The notes under the pieces: generated by a model
Told to the model about the DNA's origin: nothing
Seen by the model: the letters and a program-made list of their open reading frames with translations, nothing else
The model's database searches: none
Source of the DNA: Vicinamibacteria bacterium
GTDB taxonomy: Bacteria > Acidobacteriota > Vicinamibacteria > Marinacidobacterales > Marinacidobacteraceae
Length of the DNA stretch: 64,000 nt
Assembly (NCBI GenBank): GCA_964291235.2
Contig: OZ219816.1
Span: 1,152,001 to 1,216,000 of the forward strand
Direction: 5' to 3'
In this document: positions 21,419 through 30,000 of the stretch, piece by piece
Position numbering within the stretch: position 1 is the stretch's first letter
How the letters are laid out: each line of letters begins with the position of its first letter
Made by a program: the position numbers and the translations under genes

Positions 21419-22078
21419 ATGCACCTCACCGACGCGCGCAGCCCGGTCCAAGACTTCCCGATGAAGGAGCCCCTGAGCAGTACCGCCGCCTGTCGGGCGA
21501 GGAGCGCGGGGGGACCCGCCCGAGGCGACCGCCCCGGCGCTCGGTCTGCGGGCTTCACCCTGATCGAACTCCTGATCGTGATTGCGATCATCGGGGTGAT
21601 TGCCGGGATTGCCATTCCCCAGTTGTTGCGCGCGCGCCTGTCCGCGAACGAAGCCCAGGCGATTGGAGATTCCCGGGCGGTGATTGCCGCGCAGCAGACA
21701 TACGCCGCATCCAACTGTGGATTCTTTGCCGACCTCACGAATCTCTGCCGGAACGGGGCCGATTGCGGGGGCGAGATCGGTATTCCGCAATATCCGGGCA
21801 CCGCTCCGGAGTTCATCGGAGCCGATCTCGGGCGGACGAGTCCCTACGTGAAAGCGGGATACACCCGCACCCTCGCCGCCAACGGGACCCCGACTTCCAT
21901 ACCGGCCCATTGCGACCCTGACAGCCTGCTCGACTACTGCTATCACTCGGAACCGGCGGACGTCGGGCGGACGGGGGTCAGGTCCTTTTCGGCCACCAGC
22001 GCCGGAGCGATCTACAACGATCCTTCGGGAACGGCGATCGCGTGTCCGGTGCCCGCGGACACCGCCTTTCTCGAATAG
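21419..22078 (+). CDS. Type IV pilin (probable major pilin) with long leader
   Basis: G|FTLIELLIVIAIIGVIAGIAIP..ARLSANE class III signal; AAGGAGG RBS at 21401-21407. Confidence 0.85.
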   Translation: MHLTDARSPVQDFPMKEPLSSTAACRARSAGGPARGDRPGARSAGFTLIELLIVIAIIGVIAGIAIPQLLRARLSANEAQAIGDSRAVIAAQQTYAASNCGFFADLTNLCRNGADCGGEIGIPQYPGTAPEFIGADLGRTSPYVKAGYTRTLAANGTPTSIPAHCDPDSLLDYCYHSEPADVGRTGVRSFSATSAGAIYNDPSGTAIACPVPADTAFLE

Positions 22079-22094
22079 AGCGGCACGGACAGCC

Positions 22095-22853
22095 TTGGAG
22101 ATTCGCGCCCGCTCGCTGACCTGTTCGTATCCATCGCCCGGGCTTTCGGGCATGACGTTCGGGCGCCGGACCGCCGTCCGGAATATCAGTTTCGAAGTGG
22201 CGTCGGGCGAAGTAGTGGCGCTGGTCGGGAAGAACGGTTCGGGGAAATCCACCACCTTGCGCCTCCTGGCCGGCGTGTTGGCCGCTGATTCGGGTGAAGC
22301 CCTGATCGAGGGCATCCCGGCGACGCGCCGCGAAGCGCGGCGCTACCTGGGATACGTGGCGGAAGAAGACGACTTCCCGATGGGACTGACGGTGCGGGCG
22401 GTGCTTCACTATGCTGCAGTTCTCTCCGGGCGCCGCGGCGCCGAAGCGCGCCGGGACGCGAGGCTCGCCGCCGAGTCCACTGGCCTGGAGGAGTGGTGGG
22501 GTGCCCTGGTGGCGCGCTGCTCGCGCGGTGTCCGGCGGCGGGTTTCGCTCGCTCAGGCCCTGGTCGGCTCCCCTCGGGCACTGGTTCTCGATGAGCCGTT
22601 TACCGGACTCGATCCCGAGGCTCGCGCGGTGTCTTTGGGCGCCGTCCGCCGCGCGGCGGAGCGCGGGGCGGCCGTGGTGGTGAGCCTCCACGAGGCACGG
22701 GCCATCGAATCGCTCGCCGAGCGCCTCATCGTTCTGGCGGATGGCGGGGTAATCGCGTCCGGCGGGCTCGCGAACTTTGGGGTGAGCGGTGCGAGCGCGG
22801 CGCAAAACGGCGGCGGAGACTGGCTCGCCGCTGCGATTCGCCAGACAGCCTAG
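22095..22853 (+). CDS. ABC transporter ATP-binding protein (PilH/XapD-like)
   Basis: GKNGSGKST, CSRG signature variant, LVLDEPFTGLD; directly after the pilin. Confidence 0.85.
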   Translation: MEIRARSLTCSYPSPGLSGMTFGRRTAVRNISFEVASGEVVALVGKNGSGKSTTLRLLAGVLAADSGEALIEGIPATRREARRYLGYVAEEDDFPMGLTVRAVLHYAAVLSGRRGAEARRDARLAAESTGLEEWWGALVARCSRGVRRRVSLAQALVGSPRALVLDEPFTGLDPEARAVSLGAVRRAAERGAAVVVSLHEARAIESLAERLIVLADGGVIASGGLANFGVSGASAAQNGGGDWLAAAIRQTA

Positions 22854-22860
22854 GCGGCCG

Positions 22861-23688
22861 GTGAAGCACGTTCCGGAGCCTCGACCCGCTACTGCAGGGG
22901 CCTCGCTCGTGCCCATCGCATCCCTGGTGGCAACGGCGGCCGTCGCGTTCCGCGGATTCCGCTCCGATCGGAGCCTGCTGGCCGCGGTAGCGTTGGTGAT
23001 CGCGTGCTTCGGCGTCGGATTGGCGCTGGGGGATGCCTCGCTCGGTCACGAGGGCCGTCTCGAAATGGACATCGGGTGGGCCGTGGCGGAAGTCCTGGGC
23101 TGGTGCCTGGCGCTGGCCCACGGAGGCGGACTTGCGGGCTACCCAGGTGTCCTGGGGTCGGCCATCCTGGCGAAGCCGGTCGGGGCGGGGACGTTGCTGG
23201 GCGGGCGGTTCGTCGGTCTTGCCGCTGGTCTGTTCCTCTACGCAGCCACCACCACGACGCTGCTGCTGGTCTGGTCGTCCGTCCTGTCCGGGGGGGCGTG
23301 GGTCGCCGTTCTCGGCGCGGGCTGGCTGTTGTGGCTGCGCCTCGTGGTGGTCCTCGCGGTCTCCACCGTCCTGCTCGCTCTCGCCCGGCCCCCGGTGGCC
23401 ACCCCACTCGCCGCGGTTGCCTGTGTCGCCGGATGGCTCGTCGGCCGATTTCCCGTGGGCCCGGGGCCGCTTCCGCTCCGCCCGCTATCGGCTGTTGCGG
23501 CTTTCGTCCTGCCGGACCTGTCGGTGCTCGACCCTTGGGTGCCGGGGCTGCCGGAGCGGCTGGCGGACGCGGCGCTCGTGTTGGCTCGTCCCACGCTGTA
23601 CGGACTCTTCTACGCCGCCGCGATGGGCGTGGGAGCGAGCGCCATTTTCCGCTGGCGGGCGCGCCGCCCGGCGGCGCGGGGTTCCTGA
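22861..23688 (+). CDS. ABC transporter permease (PilI/XapB-like)
   Basis: About six TM segments; ILAKPV..LLGGRFVG, FVLPDLS; context. Confidence 0.7.
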   Translation: MKHVPEPRPATAGASLVPIASLVATAAVAFRGFRSDRSLLAAVALVIACFGVGLALGDASLGHEGRLEMDIGWAVAEVLGWCLALAHGGGLAGYPGVLGSAILAKPVGAGTLLGGRFVGLAAGLFLYAATTTTLLLVWSSVLSGGAWVAVLGAGWLLWLRLVVVLAVSTVLLALARPPVATPLAAVACVAGWLVGRFPVGPGPLPLRPLSAVAAFVLPDLSVLDPWVPGLPERLADAALVLARPTLYGLFYAAAMGVGASAIFRWRARRPAARGS

Positions 23689-23690
23689 GA

Positions 23691-24597
23691 GTGCCAGGAC
23701 GCCCCCGCGCCTTCCCGACTCTCCGGCGTTCCGGCGCCGGCGGGATCGCCGGGGCGGGCCTGTCGCTGATCTGCCTCCTGGCGGCAGCCCTGATCCGACC
23801 TGACGCGCCGCCCGCCCCGGCGTCCGCGCCCCTGTTCTCAGGGGCTCGCCTGAGCGAGGCGGCGATCCAGGCGCTCCCCTCGGGAATCCGGAGATTGCTG
23901 GCCGATGCCTCGTGGATTGCCGCGGTCCAGTACTACGGGAACCGAAGACTCGAGGGCGTAACGGGTTTCGAGCACCTGGGCGCGTTCATCGAGGGCGCGT
24001 TGCGGCTGGACCCGGGACTCCGTCCTGCCGCACTCGTGGGACCTCTCCTGCTGGCGGAATCACCGCCACTCGGGGCGGGGGAGCCGGAGCGGGCTGACAG
24101 CGTCCTGGCCGAGTGGTTGAGACGGCATCCAGATGACTTCGACGCGGTGCTGCTCCGGGGGCTCCTGCACCACTGGCACCTCGACGACCCGGAGGAGGGC
24201 GCCCGCATCCTCGCGGCTGGCGAGCGCCCGGGAAGCGGCGCCTCCCTGGTTGACGGCGTTGGCAGCCCGTTCGCTGGTCAGCAGCGGCGCCCGGGAAGCC
24301 GCCCGAGGGCTCTGGCGCACGCTGGCGTCACGGGCGGACGACGGCCGCACGCGAGCGAACGCCCGCACTCATCTCCTGCAGATCGACGCCCTCGATCGTC
24401 TGGATGCACTCACGGCGCTGGTCCGCGATTACGAACAGATCCGCGGACGCCGCCCGAGCGGTTGGAGCGAACTCGTAGCGGCCGGCGTCCTGCGGGAGGC
24501 GCCGCTTGACCCGGCTGGCGTTCCCTTCGTCTGGGACGAAGAGGGGTTGCCGCGGATTGCGCCGATGTCGCCGCTGGCGGGCTATCCCGGGCGCTGA
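23691..24597 (+). pseudogene. PilG/XapA-like TPR-type accessory protein interrupted by a +1 frameshift near 24216
   Basis: LLADASWIAAVQYYG in one frame; APPWL..LW..PLDPAGVPF in the next; deleting one G restores a 301-aa ORF. Confidence 0.7.
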
Positions 24598-24603
24598 TCC
24601 GGT

Positions 24604-25377
24604 ATGGGCGCCGAGTCCGGGTCTGGCGGGCTGTTTCTTCCGGGCTTCCTCTTCGTTCTCGGGCTCGCCGCCGGGAGTTTTTTCAATGTCTTGATTCATC
24701 GTCTCCCGGCACGGGAGTCGGTGGTCTTGCCGAGATCGCGATGCCCGGTGTGCGCTTCGCCGATTCGGGTTCGGGACAACGTCCCGGTGCTGTCCTGGCT
24801 CTGGCTGCGCGGACGCTGCCGGGACTGCCGAACCCCGATATCAATCCGCTATCCGTTCGTCGAAGTGCTGGCGGGGCTCTTGTTTGTCTTGGCGCCGGAA
24901 GGGGGCAGTCCCGCGTTGATCGCTTCCCGGTTGGTCTTCGGAAGTCTGCTCCTGATTCTGGCGTTCACGGATTGGGAGACCATGGTGTTGCCGGACTGCC
25001 TCACTCTTCCGGGGGCGGCGGCCGGCCTGCTGCTCGCGGCACCGCGCTCCGATCTGGATATCTGGGGCTCGCTCAGCGGCGCCCTGCTGGGCGCGGGGCT
25101 GCTTTTTTGCCTGCGGGCGCTGTGGCTCCGTTTCCGGGGTGTTGAGGCGGTTGGTCTGGGAGACGTCAAGTTCCTCCTGATGATCGGCAGCTTCCTCGGG
25201 CCGCTCCCCACTCTGGGGGCGATCGCGCTGGCGGCAGGGGTTGGCGTCCTGTTGGCGGGGCCACTACTGCTGCTCGGAAGAATCCGGCGCGACACCCCCT
25301 TGCCGTTCGGCACCCTCCTGGCCCTTGGAGCGGCTGTCGCTTTCCTGCTGTCGGTTGGCCCGCCCGCCTGGAGCTGA
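24604..25377 (+). CDS. pilD: Prepilin peptidase/N-methyltransferase
   Basis: GSFFNVLIHRLP, CxxC..CxxC, YPFVE, GLGDVK, PFGTLL. Confidence 0.95.
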   Translation: MGAESGSGGLFLPGFLFVLGLAAGSFFNVLIHRLPARESVVLPRSRCPVCASPIRVRDNVPVLSWLWLRGRCRDCRTPISIRYPFVEVLAGLLFVLAPEGGSPALIASRLVFGSLLLILAFTDWETMVLPDCLTLPGAAAGLLLAAPRSDLDIWGSLSGALLGAGLLFCLRALWLRFRGVEAVGLGDVKFLLMIGSFLGPLPTLGAIALAAGVGVLLAGPLLLLGRIRRDTPLPFGTLLALGAAVAFLLSVGPPAWS

Positions 25378-25413
25378 GCGGACGGACCTCTGCGGCCGGT
25401 TCCGCTCTTCGCT

Positions 25414-25468
25414 TCGACTTTTCCACAATCGGCTTCCACGCGGGACAAAAACAACGCGATTTCCGTCT
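25414..25468 (+). promoter_or_regulatory. Putative pil-operon promoter, second copy
   Basis: TCGACTTTTCCACA..CGGGACA..TTTCCGTCT with the same spacing as 7623-7677. Confidence 0.6.
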
Positions 25469-25491
25469 CTTCCCTTGGTAACGGAAGAAAG

Positions 25492-26001
25492 ATGGATCAC
25501 CGCCCTGTGCCTACCCGCGTGGCCCGGCGGCCGCCGAGCGATGGGTTCTCGCTCGTCGAGACGCTCTTCGCCGTCCTGCTGCTGGTAGTCGCGGGCGGAG
25601 GTCTCCTCCGGGCCATCGCGCACGCCTCCGAGGCCCGGCGAAGCGCCGCCCAGACCGGGCTCGCGACCGCAATCGCCCGGGCGCAGCTGGAGCGTCTGGT
25701 CGCGGCGCCGTTCTTCCGGGGCTGGCCGTGGCCGGGGTATCACCCGGCGGTGGCCCCGGGCGGCAGCGTGGAACTCGGAGACGCCGGCGCGCCGGGGTAT
25801 TTCGAGCGCTTCGGCCCGGACGGCGAGCCCGCGGACCGGGGGGCGGCCCAGTACGAGGTTCGTTGGAGGATCCGGGAGCTGGCGCCGCCCGGAAACGACC
25901 GGCTGGCCAGCCTCCTCATCGAGGTCGTGGCGCTACCGGTGTCCGGCGGACGCGGTTCGGTGGTCCGTTTGGAGTCAGTTCGGGTGGCAAACCGTGAATA
26001 G
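25492..26001 (+). CDS. Minor pilin, PilV-like
   Basis: G|FSLVETLFAVLLL; ATAIARAQLERL; YEVRWRI. Confidence 0.75.
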   Translation: MDHRPVPTRVARRPPSDGFSLVETLFAVLLLVVAGGGLLRAIAHASEARRSAAQTGLATAIARAQLERLVAAPFFRGWPWPGYHPAVAPGGSVELGDAGAPGYFERFGPDGEPADRGAAQYEVRWRIRELAPPGNDRLASLLIEVVALPVSGGRGSVVRLESVRVANRE

Positions 26002-26785
26002 CTCGCGCCTGGCGCCGCTGAGGCGCCATGCCGGTGAGCGAGGGATTGCGCTCGTGCTCGCGCTGCTCCTCCTGCTCGCACTCGCCGGTATGGGGGCAGT
26101 GATCCTGTTTTCCGTCGGAACCGACGGCGTCGTGGCGCGTAACGAAGCCTGGAGCGAGATGGCGGCGGCGCAGGCCGAGGCCGGTCTCGAGTACGCGAAG
26201 GCGGTGCTCGCCGAACATGTTGAAGGGCACGACACCTTCGAAACCGCCCTGCCGCCGGTTCGTCCCACGATCCGTGCCGACGAAGGGGAGCCCTGGGGCA
26301 GAGCGCTGCCTCGCGATAGCGCCGCGTGTAGCGATCCGGAGGCAGCGGGTTGCCGCGACTACGAGGTGTTTCGGGATGAGCCGATGGCGGGCGGAATGGC
26401 GCGGGTATATGTGGGTCGGGTTCTCCGGGACCTGAGCGGGCGGGCACTGCTGTTCGATCCGCGGAGCCCGCGCTCCGGCTGGGCGCCGGACCTGGACGGT
26501 GACGGCACCCCCGAACTTGCCGGGGTCACGGTTTGGATTCGGCGTCCCATCGTGGGCGCCGGGGACGCCGGCGCCCCCCACGATCGCGCGGTGCTGACGG
26601 CGGAAGCACGGCACCCGCCACCTGCCGACGCGGCGGACCCGCACGCCGTGAGCCGCCTGGAAATGACGGTCCGGCTCGCCCGGCGTCCCGGGAGCGTGGA
26701 CCCGGGGGACGAGGACTACAGCGACGGATTGACGAATTGGGCCCGCCGGCGCACGACCGAGGGCGACCGGGGGACGTTCCGTTGA
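25994..26785 (+). CDS. Minor pilin, PilX-like
   Basis: RG|IALVLALLLLL (no Glu5); AEAGLEYA. Confidence 0.75.
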   Translation: MNSSRLAPLRRHAGERGIALVLALLLLLALAGMGAVILFSVGTDGVVARNEAWSEMAAAQAEAGLEYAKAVLAEHVEGHDTFETALPPVRPTIRADEGEPWGRALPRDSAACSDPEAAGCRDYEVFRDEPMAGGMARVYVGRVLRDLSGRALLFDPRSPRSGWAPDLDGDGTPELAGVTVWIRRPIVGAGDAGAPHDRAVLTAEARHPPPADAADPHAVSRLEMTVRLARRPGSVDPGDEDYSDGLTNWARRRTTEGDRGTFR

Positions 26786-26820
26786 TTCGGTGCAGCGACT
26801 GCCCCGGGAGGAGGAATCCC

Positions 26821-29800
26821 ATGAACGACACGAAGGGACGAAGAAACTGTTGGCCGCGGGCGAGCCTGGGGGTGGCTCTGTTCCTCGGAACGGTCTTCCC
26901 GGGGCTCGCCGCGCAGACTTCCAACCGGGCGACGCCGGCTTCGGAGGCGCGTGTCCTCGCCGAGCCCGAGGAGGGAGTTCGAGACCCCCTGGGGACCGTG
27001 CGCACCACGATTCGGCCGCGCGTCTGGATCCTGTTCGACACCTCGGAGTCGATGGAGGCGGAACTCGGCGACACGAGTCGCTTCGGCGCGGCCACCGAGG
27101 TTATCCGCCGGGCGGTCCGGACTCTGGAATCGGAGGCCGGCGCTCCCCTCGTCCACTGGGGACTTGCGACGTTTCTGCGATTCCGGCATTCCGGTTCGGG
27201 CAGTTCTCCGGAGGAAATCTGCGCGGATCCCACGATGGGCGCCGGTTTGCCCGACGGCTCCCCCGGCGTGGCTCCGCTGACTCCCGTCCGCTGCGGCGGC
27301 ATGATGGTGCTTGCCGATCCCCCTGGGTGCGATGCCGAAGCGGCGCGCACCGCCATCCTGGAACGACTTCCCAGCGAGGTCAACGCCGAGCGGACCCCAA
27401 ACGGGATCGCCCTCTACCAGCTCGCGTCGCAAATCGCTCAAGAGAGCACCGACGACCTCGCTCCGGGCCAGCGAAACGTCATCGTGCTCATTACCGACGG
27501 TATGGACACCTGTGAATGCAACCTTCATCCCTGGCGCGATTTCAACGTGGGTGCGGCGGGGAAAGAGAAGGAGGACGCCGTCTGGCTCAGAACGGGTTCT
27601 GCGACCCCGGCCGCGGTGCTCCATCAGGATCCTCCCCGCCGGGCGCTCAGGGCCTGGAACGCGGGACTCAAGGCCAAGGCCGCGTACCTGGCGTTGAACG
27701 GCGATGATCCGGGGGCGGGCCTCGGTGACATCCACGTTGTCGGGGTCGACCTGGCGGACGAGGAGAGCCGGGGGTACACGAACCACCTGGCGTGGATGGC
27801 GTCGGACGGGCGACACCCGGCCATTCATGCCGACCGCCCCGAGGCACTCCGGCGGGCGATCGAACAGATCCTCTCCGAGGTCACGCTGCCCGCCGGCGAG
27901 GTGAAGCTCTCCGCGCCGCGCCTGGCGACTGTCAAGGAGCTGGTGGCCAGCTCTCCGAGCTCCTCCTTTCCCGGTAGTGATCCGACGCTCGCGCAAGACG
28001 CCCTCGTAGTGCCTGCGAATGGCAAGGAGCGCGTTCGGGAGGTGCTGCAGCGGCGACGTGCATACAGGGACAACATCCTGCTCTCGACGAGCGCCCGCCT
28101 CCATGCGCACCGAGGTCGGCTGCGAGCGTTCCCCACCTCCGCCAGCGAGGCGGGGAGCGGTGGACGGCTGGCCGGAACCCCGATCTGGGACGCCGGAGAG
28201 CGACTCGCCGACCGCGATCCGGATGACCGGGTGGTCCTCTTCAACCGTCCGGGCAGCCAGGAAATGCGGGCCTTCCGGATTGGCGAAGTAACGCCGCAGG
28301 ACATTGGCGTCGGCGTGGGGTATCTGAGCGAGCTGGACGGTACCGGGGCCCGGAGCGCGGAGGATGCCGTCCGCATCGTCGTTCGGCTGGTCCGTGGTGA
28401 AGAGCTGGAGGTGCACCCCGAGACCGGGACGATCTACGGACCCGGGGGAGATCTTCATTTCACCGGCGGCCGCGGAACCTGGAAGTTGCGCGAGGGCCTG
28501 GCGTCGCCGGCCGTGGTCACCAACCCTCCTCGGCATCCGGAGCGGGTCTCCCGGGAACGGAAGAGCTACGAGCGTTTCTTCAACCGGTACGTCAATCGCC
28601 GGACCATGGTCTATCTCCCGACCAGCGGGGGCCTGATCCACGCTTTCGCCGGGGACAGCGGAGACGAGGTCTTCGCGTACATACCGGACGACCTTCTCGG
28701 CCCGTCCTCCGTTGCCGAGGAAACCCCGGAACGTTTCTTTCTCCGTGACCTCGCCGTGGCGGGAGTGCGCGGCGCCGCGGGGCTGCAGCGAGATCTCGTG
28801 AACCGCTTCGCGCTCGCCGGATCTCCGGTCGTCCGCGATGTTTTCCTGGAGCGGCCGCAGGAGTGGCGTACCGTGCTGGCCTTCGGCCGTTCCGCGGGCG
28901 GCCGTTTCGTGACCGCGCTGGATGTGTCCGAGGTGGGAGCGGGCTGGGCCGGAGAGCACCGGCCTCCGAGCCCCTCGGTGGGCGGCCCCGGCCTCCCCCG
29001 CCTGCTCTTCAACCGGGGCCACCGTCCTGGCGACCCCGGCGGCTCTCTGGACGAACTTGGCGCATCTCCCGAGCCGCTCCTGGCGGAAGTCCCGGCGAGC
29101 GGCGGAAGCGAATGGATGATGTTCCTGCCTGGCGGAACCGGGAGCCCGGCGAGCGACGCCGGGGAGTGGCTTCTGGCACTGTCGCCCGAAGACGGCGGGC
29201 TCCGCGCCCGCTACCCGCTCCCGTCCGTTCCCGCCCCGCGCATCGTGAAGAACGGCGCTCCGACTCCCGCGGCGCCCTGGCGGCCGGCGTGGGCGGTCGC
29301 GGGTGCCTCCGACCTCGTGACCCGGGTGTACCTCGCCGATCTTCACGGACAGATCCACCGCTTGCGGCTCACGGATCCGGCGGCGCGGGAGTGGGAGGTG
29401 GCCCACCGGCTCGGCGGCACGCATCCGGTTCTCGCCCCACCGGTGGTGTTTCCTTTTCCGGGGCGTACCGAGCCGCACCTGCTTGTGGTCACGGGGGGTG
29501 ATCGCCGCGTACGGGACACGCCCGCGGCAGTCGTTCTGCTCCGGGATCTGGGAACCCACCTGGAGGAACTGTGGCGCCAACCGCTCGGGGAAGGGGAAGC
29601 CCCGATCGGAAAGCCGGCGGTCGTTATGGACGCCTCCGATGTCGCGGTGGTGCTCGCCACCCATTCGATCCAGACCCGGCAGGTTTCCTGCGACGTGACC
29701 ACCTCCGGCGATGGAGTAGCCCGGCTGCGCGCTTTCAGCGGTCTGACGGGCGCGGCACTTGCCGGCGTCGTGGACGATTCCTCGGCGGTCGTATCTTTCG

Positions 29801-29988
29801 GCCCCGGACGCATTCAGGGAATCAGCCTCTCCGCCTCGGGCAACATGGCTTTCAGCGTCGGCAGCGCGGCGGGAGAGGCAATTGATGCCGTAATCGGAGA
29901 TTTCAAGTTTCGCGTTCGTGAGGGTGCTCTTGAGGACGTGACGCTCTTCGTGGAGGGATTCCGGCGTTCTCCCTTCTGGATTCGCTAG
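26821..29988 (+). CDS. PilY1-like pilus tip adhesin with vWA domain
   Basis: Signal peptide; ILFDTSESM (MIDAS), LITDG; beta-propeller motifs IWDAG, GLIHAF..GDEVFAYIP, VYLADLHGQIHR. Confidence 0.85.
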   Translation: MNDTKGRRNCWPRASLGVALFLGTVFPGLAAQTSNRATPASEARVLAEPEEGVRDPLGTVRTTIRPRVWILFDTSESMEAELGDTSRFGAATEVIRRAVRTLESEAGAPLVHWGLATFLRFRHSGSGSSPEEICADPTMGAGLPDGSPGVAPLTPVRCGGMMVLADPPGCDAEAARTAILERLPSEVNAERTPNGIALYQLASQIAQESTDDLAPGQRNVIVLITDGMDTCECNLHPWRDFNVGAAGKEKEDAVWLRTGSATPAAVLHQDPPRRALRAWNAGLKAKAAYLALNGDDPGAGLGDIHVVGVDLADEESRGYTNHLAWMASDGRHPAIHADRPEALRRAIEQILSEVTLPAGEVKLSAPRLATVKELVASSPSSSFPGSDPTLAQDALVVPANGKERVREVLQRRRAYRDNILLSTSARLHAHRGRLRAFPTSASEAGSGGRLAGTPIWDAGERLADRDPDDRVVLFNRPGSQEMRAFRIGEVTPQDIGVGVGYLSELDGTGARSAEDAVRIVVRLVRGEELEVHPETGTIYGPGGDLHFTGGRGTWKLREGLASPAVVTNPPRHPERVSRERKSYERFFNRYVNRRTMVYLPTSGGLIHAFAGDSGDEVFAYIPDDLLGPSSVAEETPERFFLRDLAVAGVRGAAGLQRDLVNRFALAGSPVVRDVFLERPQEWRTVLAFGRSAGGRFVTALDVSEVGAGWAGEHRPPSPSVGGPGLPRLLFNRGHRPGDPGGSLDELGASPEPLLAEVPASGGSEWMMFLPGGTGSPASDAGEWLLALSPEDGGLRARYPLPSVPAPRIVKNGAPTPAAPWRPAWAVAGASDLVTRVYLADLHGQIHRLRLTDPAAREWEVAHRLGGTHPVLAPPVVFPFPGRTEPHLLVVTGGDRRVRDTPAAVVLLRDLGTHLEELWRQPLGEGEAPIGKPAVVMDASDVAVVLATHSIQTRQVSCDVTTSGDGVARLRAFSGLTGAALAGVVDDSSAVVSFGPGRIQGISLSASGNMAFSVGSAAGEAIDAVIGDFKFRVREGALEDVTLFVEGFRRSPFWIR

Positions 29989-30000
29989 GGAGACATCACG

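Noticed and set aside
23004-24509. 501-aa ORF as one gene
   Set aside because: Its N-terminal half overlaps the permease out of frame and its tail is post-frameshift nonsense; only about 23691-24215 is coding
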